Virus record (IMG/VR): IMGVR_UViG_3300037420_000514
Coordinates: 1 to 24,213 of that record
DNA from: a virus
Lineage: Duplodnaviria; Caudoviricetes
Reading direction: 5' to 3' (one strand)
Length of the DNA: 24,213 nucleotides
Position numbers and translations under genes: made by a program. Within the stretch, counting starts at the first letter, position 1; each line of letters opens with the position of its first letter. The notes beneath the pieces were generated by a model, which saw only the letters and a list, made by a program, of their open reading frames with translations, was not told the origin of the DNA and did no database searches. Below are positions 13,672-21,496 of the stretch, one piece after another.

Positions 13672-15207
13672 ATGAATGTCGTACAAACCCTTACGAATAA
13701 CGGAACGTCCTCAACCGTTTCCGTCACGATAACCCCGGGCGCCAACAGTTCCCTCGTGGTCTTTGTCGGGGTCCGGGCCGGAAGCTCCAGCAATACGACG
13801 AGCCTTTCGGATAACCTGGGCACGGTCTACACGAAGCATCAGGAATTGCGAAATTCCCTGAATGCCACCTTGGCGGCCTATTCCGGCAAACCAAACGGGA
13901 CTGTTACCTTGACCGCCACCTACGGGTTGTCGGGCAAGGAAATGCAGCTGATTGTCGTGGAAGTGTCGGGCCTCGGGGCGTTTGATGCGGTCGGCGGCGA
14001 TACCAGCTCCAGTACCACTCCGTCCATCACGACGACCAAAGGCGGCATCGTGCTGGGAACCTTTTTTGTGGCGGATGCGAACAACGCCCATACCTTCACG
14101 GCAGGGACGGGGTACACCGTGGCGGCGACCCGTTATGATGCCGCTATGTATTCCCTGGCGGAATACCAAATGACAGGGGCGGCAGGCACCTACAATGCGA
14201 CGGCCACTATGGGCGGTTCCACCGGCCTGACGTACCCTGTCAACTGCATCATCGGGTTTCAGACCGGTTCTACCGCCTATACGGTATCGCTGTCTGACAG
14301 CATTGCTTCCGGCGATTCCCTGACCAAACAGGCGTCAAGGCGGCTGAATGACACCACAACGCTGACGGATACGGTTGTAAAGGCGTTTTCTGACCGGCTT
14401 TCCGACAGCATGAGTTTGACGGATACGGAATCCGAGCGGGCCTCCAAGGCGTTCTCGGACGCCATTTCGGTGCTTGACAGCATCAGCCAGATGAGCGGGA
14501 CCCAGAAAACGGCGTCTCTCTCTGACGGAATCACCATCAGCGACACCCTGACCAAGCGTCTTACCTGGGGCAGGCAGCTGTTTGATTCCGTCGCCGTGAC
14601 CGATTCGCTCTTTAAGAAAAAAAGCAAGACCCTGAATGATTCCGTCACCGCCTCTGATACCGCCATTTCCAAACAGGTGAAGGCGCTCAAGCAAGACATC
14701 ATCAGCTTCACGGAAAACAAAATCGCCCGAATTAACCGGGTGATCGGCGATGTCCTGTTCACGACGGATTCGGCCAGAATCATGATTGACCCGCTCGTCG
14801 GGACGATTCCGCTTGACGGGGAGTTCTCCTTGTATGTGTATCTGCTCGGAGAAGGAGATTCCCTCATTCAGATTGACTGTTTTACGGAAGGAGGTCCCAA
14901 CTTGACCGCCACACACCAAAACTTTTCAATGTATCAAGGGGAAAGCAAAAACCTTTTGATTACCATTTACGGGGAAAATCTTTCCCTGACGGGTTCTGTT
15001 ATTACGTGGTCTTTAAAAGACAAAGTGACCAAAACAACGGATAACGGCATCACGATCTTGAACGAGACACAGTTCCAGGTATCCATTACGCCGGAGGACA
15101 CGCGGAACCTTTCGCCCGCTACCTACCCGCACCAAGCCTATATGGTGGACACCCGGGACAACGAAACGGTCCTCTTTGTCGGGGACATTGAAGTATTAAA
15201 AAGATAG
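13672..15207 (+). CDS. Fibre-like structural protein with repeat shaft and BppU-like C-terminal domain
   Basis: T/S/G-rich N-domain, (L/F)xDxxxxxD repeats, C-terminal MYQGESKNL...FQVSITPEDT..L...Y domain. Confidence 0.65.
   Translation: MNVVQTLTNNGTSSTVSVTITPGANSSLVVFVGVRAGSSSNTTSLSDNLGTVYTKHQELRNSLNATLAAYSGKPNGTVTLTATYGLSGKEMQLIVVEVSGLGAFDAVGGDTSSSTTPSITTTKGGIVLGTFFVADANNAHTFTAGTGYTVAATRYDAAMYSLAEYQMTGAAGTYNATATMGGSTGLTYPVNCIIGFQTGSTAYTVSLSDSIASGDSLTKQASRRLNDTTTLTDTVVKAFSDRLSDSMSLTDTESERASKAFSDAISVLDSISQMSGTQKTASLSDGITISDTLTKRLTWGRQLFDSVAVTDSLFKKKSKTLNDSVTASDTAISKQVKALKQDIISFTENKIARINRVIGDVLFTTDSARIMIDPLVGTIPLDGEFSLYVYLLGEGDSLIQIDCFTEGGPNLTATHQNFSMYQGESKNLLITIYGENLSLTGSVITWSLKDKVTKTTDNGITILNETQFQVSITPEDTRNLSPATYPHQAYMVDTRDNETVLFVGDIEVLKR
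14281..14775 (+). repeat. Degenerate ~18-22-aa protein repeats
   Basis: LSDSIASGDS, LNDTTTLTDT, LSDSMSLTDT, FSDAISVLDS, LSDGITISDT, LFDSVAVTDS, LNDSVTASDT, KQDIISFTEN, IGDVLFTTDS. Confidence 0.7.
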
Positions 15208-15221
15208 AAAAGGTGACAAAC

Positions 15222-15623
15222 ATGAACATGCGTTTTGAACAGTCGGTTCGGGAACGGATAGAAAAACGCCCGTATCTCCTGCCGATTTTTTCCCATATCC
15301 ATGATATCCCAAGACGCGTCCGTGATTACGATGCGTCTTTTTTCGTGGTCTTTAACAAGAACAGCCAGAAATACGAAGTTCACTCCCTGGACTATCCGGG
15401 AGACGATACCCACAGCCTGACGGTCCCGTTTGAGGAACTGGACGCCCGTACATTGGAGCATATTTGGACCAATGACATCCGCGTCCACGGGAACGAGATT
15501 TTCAAACGCCTAGAATTATCCGAAGAAAAAGCAAGAATCCGGCGGGAGCGCGAGGAAAAAAACTTCCGCCGCGATTTTGCGATAGAACACCAATCCGCCT
15601 TCGCGAAAGACGCGTGGGCATAG
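15222..15623 (+). CDS. Hypothetical phage protein
   Basis: Track ORF 15213..15623; ATG 15222 preferred because AAGGTG serves as its RBS. Confidence 0.75.
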   Translation: MNMRFEQSVRERIEKRPYLLPIFSHIHDIPRRVRDYDASFFVVFNKNSQKYEVHSLDYPGDDTHSLTVPFEELDARTLEHIWTNDIRVHGNEIFKRLELSEEKARIRREREEKNFRRDFAIEHQSAFAKDAWA

Positions 15624-15633
15624 GAGGGATACG

Positions 15634-16155
15634 ATGTTTAACCAAAACTTTTACCAGCGCTTTCAGCAGCAGTTTCCGGATTTTCAGTCGCGGATGCCCA
15701 ATTGGCAGGGGCAGATCGAACAGATAAAGGCCCAGTATCCGGAGTACCAGCAGCACATGCACGACGCCCAAGCAAGATTGGGGGATGTCCGCGCCAATGT
15801 AGACCAGCGGATGGGGGATGTGCGTGCCAAATTGGATACGCAAATGCAGAACATGAAAGCCCGCCAGTCGGAAAACATGCAGAATCTTCAGAACACCCTC
15901 CGCCAGTACCAGCCGAACCCAAGCACAGGGGCCGCCGGAAGCGCAGGCGGAACGGGAGGAAGCACCGGAATGGCCAATCAGTTCCAATTCAACGGCCAGG
16001 ATGCCTTGCAATTCGCGCAGGACGCCTTATCCAAATGGCAGGCTGCCAGCCAGGACGGCGGCCCGCACAGCGCTTTTATTCAGTCAGCCTTAAAAGAAGG
16101 GTTTGACCCGGATACGGTAATGGGGTTCATCCGCAGCAAAATAAATTTGGGGTGA
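15634..16155 (+). CDS. Gln-rich hypothetical protein with 11-aa helical repeats
   Basis: RBS AGGAGG; ARLGDVRANVD/QRMGDVRAKLD repeats; Gly-rich linker. Confidence 0.7.
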   Translation: MFNQNFYQRFQQQFPDFQSRMPNWQGQIEQIKAQYPEYQQHMHDAQARLGDVRANVDQRMGDVRAKLDTQMQNMKARQSENMQNLQNTLRQYQPNPSTGAAGSAGGTGGSTGMANQFQFNGQDALQFAQDALSKWQAASQDGGPHSAFIQSALKEGFDPDTVMGFIRSKINLG

Positions 16156-16159
16156 TAGC

Positions 16160-16516
16160 ATGAACGTCCAGGAAATTTTACAGGATGCGGATTTGCTGGT
16201 GAAAAATTCGTATCCGACCGCACTCAAAATCGGCTGGATGAATCAGGCGCAAAAGCAGATTTACAAGGAGCTGCCGGGGGTTTTTTCTTCGCCCCCGCCT
16301 GATTTGAAAGCCGATCAGTTAACATTCGTTCCACGGCTTCCGGCCGAATACCATGAACTGCTTTCGCTCGGTGCCGCGAAACGGATAGCGGAGCGGGTGC
16401 AGGACTTTAAGCTGGCGGAACAGCTGGAGGTCCGATACCAGAACCTTCTGCTGGATGCAAAGAAATACACCGCGCCCAAGCTGAAAAGCATCGTAAGAAG
16501 CCGGGCGTGGAACTAA
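16160..16516 (+). CDS. Head-tail adaptor-like protein (short paralog)
   Basis: MNVQEILQDAD...GWMNQAQ...LPAEYHELL..G; located upstream of the nozzle. Confidence 0.65.
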   Translation: MNVQEILQDADLLVKNSYPTALKIGWMNQAQKQIYKELPGVFSSPPPDLKADQLTFVPRLPAEYHELLSLGAAKRIAERVQDFKLAEQLEVRYQNLLLDAKKYTAPKLKSIVRSRAWN

Positions 16517-16528
16517 GGAGGGGAACCT

Positions 16529-17074
16529 ATGAATATACAGCTTATTATTGACGAGGCCGACACAAGGATTCCAAATGCGTTTTCCACGGCCCAAAAGGTG
16601 GATTGGCTGAACGAGGTCAATTTTGAATTCTTTGACATCGTCAAAATCCCAAAAGCGTATTCCTCAACAGCCAACGGCTCGACCAGCACGTTTACCCTGC
16701 CGACGGACGCACGGGAGAAAAACATCAGGAAAGTCGTGGTAGGCTCCAACTATTACCGTTCGATGGCCTATGAGGACATCACGGCGGCCTTCAATTACTT
16801 TACACTGGACGACGCGACCCAAATCATGACCACGACACCAGCGCCGCCGTCGGGGCCTATTGTGGTGGTGTATGACCGTGTCAGCGGGACTTCCTTCACA
16901 TCGGGCAACTTGACCGTAAGCCCGGATGCGCCGACAGAGTATCACTGGATTTATGTGCTCGGGCTTTGCACAAGGATTGCCAAGGCCATGAACGATGTGG
17001 TGCTCGCGAACAACTACGACGCGGATTACAAAAATAATCTGTCCGTTGCCCAGCAGAACTATGTGAGGGCGTAA
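16529..17074 (+). CDS. Head-tail adaptor/gatekeeper-like protein
   Basis: MNIQLIIDEAD...DWLNEVN...FTLP.D...APTEYHWIYV.G; RBS AAGGAGG. Confidence 0.7.
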   Translation: MNIQLIIDEADTRIPNAFSTAQKVDWLNEVNFEFFDIVKIPKAYSSTANGSTSTFTLPTDAREKNIRKVVVGSNYYRSMAYEDITAAFNYFTLDDATQIMTTTPAPPSGPIVVVYDRVSGTSFTSGNLTVSPDAPTEYHWIYVLGLCTRIAKAMNDVVLANNYDADYKNNLSVAQQNYVRA

Positions 17075-17077
17075 GCC

Positions 17078-18643
17078 ATGCGAAAGATCGAACTGAAAGC
17101 CACCCAGTGGAGAGGGTCGGAAAAACCAAAAGAAACCCGCCTTATCCAAATCCAAAGAGGCGAATGGCAGGGGGAACCGAAACAGACGGGGCTGAAAACG
17201 GCAGGCCCCGTCAAGATGGAACAGACCCAGTGGACGGAACTCTCCGGCATCCAGGAACCGAATGTGCTGCGCCAGTTTGACGGGATGAACCTCATGGACC
17301 CGTTTGCCATCAAGGACAACTTTGCGACCCGAGTCAAGAACTTTTCAACGAAATCGTATCCGGCCTTGAAGGTTCGGGGCGGAAGCACCTTTGTGAACTC
17401 CTTTACGGACCAGACGCGAGGGATTGTGGAGTATAACGGGAATCTCGTCGTCGCCACCCAAAACAACCTATGGGTTGATTCCGGCGGATTCACAGCCAAA
17501 AACCCAGGCTGGACGGCCAATGACATGAGCTTTGCGGTGTTCAAGGGGAGTTTCTCCCAGGCGATGCTCCTTATGACAGACGGCGCCATGAACCCGAAGA
17601 AGTTTGACGGCACCACGATTTCGGATTTGGCCGGAGCGCAGGCAGGCGGGAATTATGTCTGTGTCCACGCAAACCGCGTCTACATCGCCAAAAACGACAT
17701 GCTGTATTTCTCGGCGCTGCGAAAAGCGGAGGACTGGACCACGGTCAACGATTCCGGTTCGATCACCGTTGAATCGGTCGAGGGCGGGAACATCACGGGC
17801 ATGGTGCCGAACAACCAGCGCCTGACGATTTTTAAGCACAACAGCGTCCATGAGCTGTACGGCACGAACCCGTCGAACTTCACCTTAAAAAGCGTCACGG
17901 AAACCATCGGCTGCCCGAATGCGAAAACCATCCAAGTCATTGACGGCTACGTCTATTTCCTGTCGCCGGATGGACTGTTCCGCTATGCGGGAGGCACCTT
18001 GCCGGAGAGCGAATTCTCCTTACAGGTCCGCCCGTTTTTGGATGCGCTCAGTTTTACGTCGGCACAGATGGCGACCTCCTGGACGGACGGGAAACGCTAT
18101 TACATTTCCTTTCCGTATCAGACCACAAACAAAATTTTAGAATACGACACGGAGCTGAATACCTGGAACGCGTGGGACATGAGCTACAACATCATGACCG
18201 CCGGAAGCAAGCAGGATGATTTCGTCAAGAAAAAAGTGTATGTGTCGGCCTTTAACAGTGTCACGGCCAAATACGACCTGACCCTGCTCGACGAAACGGG
18301 ACAGGACTATACCGGCGGCACGACCAAAACCATCGCGTATGAGTGGGTGTCAAAACCGTTCACATTCGCGTCGATGGCGGCGAAAAACCGCTGGCTGACC
18401 GTTTGGCTCACCGCCTCGGTCCCGTCAGGTTCCGCCCTTAGAGTTCATGTGTCAGGGGATGAAACCGGCGAAACATGGACACAGGTGGGAAGCTTTACCT
18501 CCAGTTCTTCCCTGCAATCGCTCAAATTCCCGATTCCAAATGACGTGATCGCGAACCGGAACTGGGTGCGGGTGAGGGTAGAGGGGACCGGACCTGTCAC
18601 CATCCATGAGATTACCAGACAGGAACGGACATTGAACATGTAG
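17078..18643 (+). CDS. Podovirus tail nozzle/DNA stabilisation protein (P22 gp10/T7 gp12-like beta-propeller)
   Basis: 521 aa beta-rich; HANRVYIA...LYFSAL, LTIFK..SVHELYG, IGC....TI...GYVYFLS.DGLFRY, YD.ELNTW; follows the adaptor. Confidence 0.75.
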   Translation: MRKIELKATQWRGSEKPKETRLIQIQRGEWQGEPKQTGLKTAGPVKMEQTQWTELSGIQEPNVLRQFDGMNLMDPFAIKDNFATRVKNFSTKSYPALKVRGGSTFVNSFTDQTRGIVEYNGNLVVATQNNLWVDSGGFTAKNPGWTANDMSFAVFKGSFSQAMLLMTDGAMNPKKFDGTTISDLAGAQAGGNYVCVHANRVYIAKNDMLYFSALRKAEDWTTVNDSGSITVESVEGGNITGMVPNNQRLTIFKHNSVHELYGTNPSNFTLKSVTETIGCPNAKTIQVIDGYVYFLSPDGLFRYAGGTLPESEFSLQVRPFLDALSFTSAQMATSWTDGKRYYISFPYQTTNKILEYDTELNTWNAWDMSYNIMTAGSKQDDFVKKKVYVSAFNSVTAKYDLTLLDETGQDYTGGTTKTIAYEWVSKPFTFASMAAKNRWLTVWLTASVPSGSALRVHVSGDETGETWTQVGSFTSSSSLQSLKFPIPNDVIANRNWVRVRVEGTGPVTIHEITRQERTLNM

Positions 18644-18653
18644 GAGGGATACC

Positions 18654-19154
18654 ATGCCGATTGTCAACTTGCCTTCGGTATCGAGGGTAAAGACACTGAA
18701 AGAACTGATCGACCAGGTGGAGAACATGCGCAAGGAGCTGGAATTTGTCCTGTCCACCCTGGATATAGACAATTTAAACAGCAAATATGTATCCGTGGTG
18801 GAATCCGGGGCGAATGCCAACGGCTATTACCGGAAATTCTCGGACGGAACGATGGAATGCTGGCAGTCCGGTTCGGACGTGGTGAGTAATTTAGCCTGGT
18901 CCACGGCTGACGTAGGGGGAGGCACCTATTACTATGTTTACGCAAACTGGTCCTTCCCGGCCCCGTTCAAGGACGGGGAAATGGTGAACCTTTTCGCATC
19001 AGGCGATATCGGGGGCGCGGCACCGGAGACACACACCGCCTTTCATGTCAGCAACACCTATTGCCAGTATGAACACGGCATTTTTGGGCTGGATGTGCGG
19101 ACATCCGGCAACAGTCTGACCTATTCCCTGCTGGCCCGTGGCAAATGGCAATAA
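18654..19154 (+). CDS. Short tail fibre-like protein
   Basis: RBS AGGAGG; ESGANANGYYRKFSDGTMECW...FPAPF...ARGKW is typical of fibre C-terminal domains. Confidence 0.7.
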   Translation: MPIVNLPSVSRVKTLKELIDQVENMRKELEFVLSTLDIDNLNSKYVSVVESGANANGYYRKFSDGTMECWQSGSDVVSNLAWSTADVGGGTYYYVYANWSFPAPFKDGEMVNLFASGDIGGAAPETHTAFHVSNTYCQYEHGIFGLDVRTSGNSLTYSLLARGKWQ

Positions 19155-19224
19155 AAGATGATGAAAAGATGCAGATTATGGGGATTGAAAATCCCTTATA
19201 CTAGTAGTATCAGAAAGTAACGGC

Positions 19225-19255
19225 AAAAGGTCCTTTGAAAAAGGGGCCTTTTTTT
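19225..19255 (+). terminator. Intrinsic terminator
   Basis: GGTCCTTT-GAAA-AAGGGGCC stem (GNRA loop) followed by T7. Confidence 0.75.
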
Positions 19256-19277
19256 ATTGCAAAAGGAGCGTGAAAAC

Positions 19278-20321
19278 ATGGTTCGAATTTCAGAAGGGGG
19301 TTCAGGCGGAGGCTCTACCCCGTATGATGCCAAATGGAAGAACCCCGGCACCCGTGCAACAGCCCTAGCGCCGAAAGCCATCCCGACAAGGGTTCCGGCG
19401 GCCACTCCGGCCCCAGCTGCCAAAAAGACAACGGCATCAGCGCCGAAATCTTCCGGGGGTTCCTCGTACAAAAGCTCAGGCGGCGGAGGGGGTTCTGCAC
19501 CGGCGGCGGCCCCTGCTTATACGCCTCCTGTATACGACCCGATGAAGGACCCGGCCTATCTCGCGTCTGTTGCCAAGCTGAATGACTTATGGAATCAGGC
19601 AGGCGGCTACAAAACGCAGATTGACGACATGATGAAAGCAGGGTTTACCTATGACCCGAATAGTGATGCGTCGTATAAATCCTTGTCGGAACTCGCAAGC
19701 AAACAGGCAAAAGTCGCCGGAAAAGAAGCGATGGAAACCTTGAATGACCGGGGGATCTTAAACTCGACTATCACCGGGGACCGGGTGGCGCAGATCGAGC
19801 AGACGGCCCAGGACGCTGTGACAGCGCAGGTTCCGACTTTGCAGAATGCGGCATATGGCCGGTATATGGATAAACTCAATACCTTATCGAACATGTGGAA
19901 TTCGATGGTCAACCAGGCGCAGGCGGAGCGGGCCTTTTCCGAGGACAAGAGGCGCTGGGAGCTTGGATATGACATGGATAAGACGAAGTTTAATACAGGC
20001 GTCAGCCAGTGGAATCAGGAGTTTGCGTATAAACAGGCGCAGGATTCGATCACGAATGCGATTGACCGGCAGCGCCTGACCATCCAACAGGTGGCGGCAT
20101 TCCAGGATGCGGCGGGCTATAAGGATAAAGCGCAGACAGAAAAGGTATTGGGCGAACTGCTGCAATTCACCGACCCGGCGAAGGCGTATGAGTATTTGGC
20201 GAAAAACTCCAATACCTACGCCCAAAACGGCGTCAGCATGAGCGACCTAGTGGCCTCATTAAAGGCCCGTTTTCCTGGCTACGACTTTGACGGGACCGGC
20301 GGCGGAACCGTCTTGAAATAG
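19278..20321 (+). CDS. Putative internal virion/ejection protein
   Basis: RBS AAGGAG and ATG 19278; P/A/G/S-rich N-terminus, helical body with FTYDPNSDASY and RGILNST; typical position after the podovirus tail genes. Confidence 0.65.
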   Translation: MVRISEGGSGGGSTPYDAKWKNPGTRATALAPKAIPTRVPAATPAPAAKKTTASAPKSSGGSSYKSSGGGGGSAPAAAPAYTPPVYDPMKDPAYLASVAKLNDLWNQAGGYKTQIDDMMKAGFTYDPNSDASYKSLSELASKQAKVAGKEAMETLNDRGILNSTITGDRVAQIEQTAQDAVTAQVPTLQNAAYGRYMDKLNTLSNMWNSMVNQAQAERAFSEDKRRWELGYDMDKTKFNTGVSQWNQEFAYKQAQDSITNAIDRQRLTIQQVAAFQDAAGYKDKAQTEKVLGELLQFTDPAKAYEYLAKNSNTYAQNGVSMSDLVASLKARFPGYDFDGTGGGTVLK

Positions 20322-20331
20322 GAGGGAGAAC

Positions 20332-20862
20332 ATGGTGGATTATCTTTCTTCCCTATCGAAACTGAATGACATGTGGAAACGGCTGCAAGACGCTCCCGCC
20401 ATCGAACAGGACAGCACCCTGCTCATGGACGGGATAACCAACACCGCAGAAGCGGCGGCGGACCGCAGAAGGGCAGAATGGGCGTCTCAGGCGCCTATTG
20501 CTGTTCCGGAGGCCGTAAGTGCCGGACCATCGAAACCATACAGCGGAGGCGGTACGCAGGGCTTTAATCAAGACCTGGCAGCCGCCTTTTCCCGTTCCGG
20601 CTTTCCGGCTGAATGGGCAGGCGCTTTGACGGAACTCGTTAGACGGGAATCGAGCTTCAATCCGAATGCGAAAAACCCGAAATCGACGGCGCACGGCTAC
20701 GCGCAGTTCTTGAACTCGACCCGCGCCAATTACGAAAAGAAAACCGGGCTTTCGTATGACGACCCGGTGAACCAATTAATCATGATGATGCAATACGTCC
20801 AGGACCGATACGGGACGCCGGATGCGGCCTTGTCGTTCTGGGATAAAAATAAATGGTATTAG
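20332..20862 (+). CDS. Lytic transglycosylase (SLT/lysozyme-like) domain protein
   Basis: ELVRRESSFNPNAKNPKSTAHGYAQFL...YVQDRYG....AL.FW....WY with catalytic Glu in the ES motif. Confidence 0.85.
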   Translation: MVDYLSSLSKLNDMWKRLQDAPAIEQDSTLLMDGITNTAEAAADRRRAEWASQAPIAVPEAVSAGPSKPYSGGGTQGFNQDLAAAFSRSGFPAEWAGALTELVRRESSFNPNAKNPKSTAHGYAQFLNSTRANYEKKTGLSYDDPVNQLIMMMQYVQDRYGTPDAALSFWDKNKWY

Positions 20863-20872
20863 GGGTGTGGAT

Positions 20873-21484
20873 ATGAACCTATCAGACTTCACTTCCCAGC
20901 TAGGAAACTTGTGGGATAAAGGGCTGAACAAGGTGGGAGAGGCGGCGAAACGCTTCCAGCCCACTGTTCAGCAAAAAAGCCTGGAGCTGTTAGGCACCCT
21001 AAAAGACACCACCCAAAAACGGGAAGAACAAAGAAGATCAGAGTGGGCGGCAGGACCGTCCGCTCCTTCTGTTTCTGCCGGATTCGGGATGCCGACCAAC
21101 AATGTGGGCATGGCGGCGGCCAATTTAGGGAGCCAGTATATCGGAAAAAGCAAATACGTGTGGGGCGGCGGACGGTCCGCAGAGGATATCGCAAACGGCC
21201 GTTTTGACTGTTCCGGGTTCGTGAACTATGCGTTCGGCCAAATGGGGATTAACCTCGGCGGCGGCAACACGGACACCATCGCCAAGCAAGGCACCAGGGT
21301 GGACCCAGGCAACATGCAGCCGGGCGATATTGTGTTTTTTGACACGTACAAAAAAAACGGGCATGTGGGGATTTACATGGGCGGAGGAAAATTCATCGGC
21401 GCACAAAGCGGCGGGGTGGGGGTAGCTGACATGTCAGACGGCTATTTCGCCAAAAAGTTTGCTGGATATGTAGTCCGTGTCTAA
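20873..21484 (+). CDS. NlpC/P60 (C40) peptidoglycan endopeptidase
   Basis: YVWGG...FDCSGFV...QPGDIVFF...HVGIY; start moved to ATG 20873 after GGGGTG. Confidence 0.9.
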   Translation: MNLSDFTSQLGNLWDKGLNKVGEAAKRFQPTVQQKSLELLGTLKDTTQKREEQRRSEWAAGPSAPSVSAGFGMPTNNVGMAAANLGSQYIGKSKYVWGGGRSAEDIANGRFDCSGFVNYAFGQMGINLGGGNTDTIAKQGTRVDPGNMQPGDIVFFDTYKKNGHVGIYMGGGKFIGAQSGGVGVADMSDGYFAKKFAGYVVRV

Positions 21485-21496
21485 GGAGTGGAGTAA

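Noticed and set aside
19181-19210. Palindromes GGGATT-GAA-AATCCC and ATACTA-G-TAGTAT with TTGAAA, as a promoter/operator
   Set aside because: No -35/-10 pair with both a good match and correct spacing, and no second copy found.
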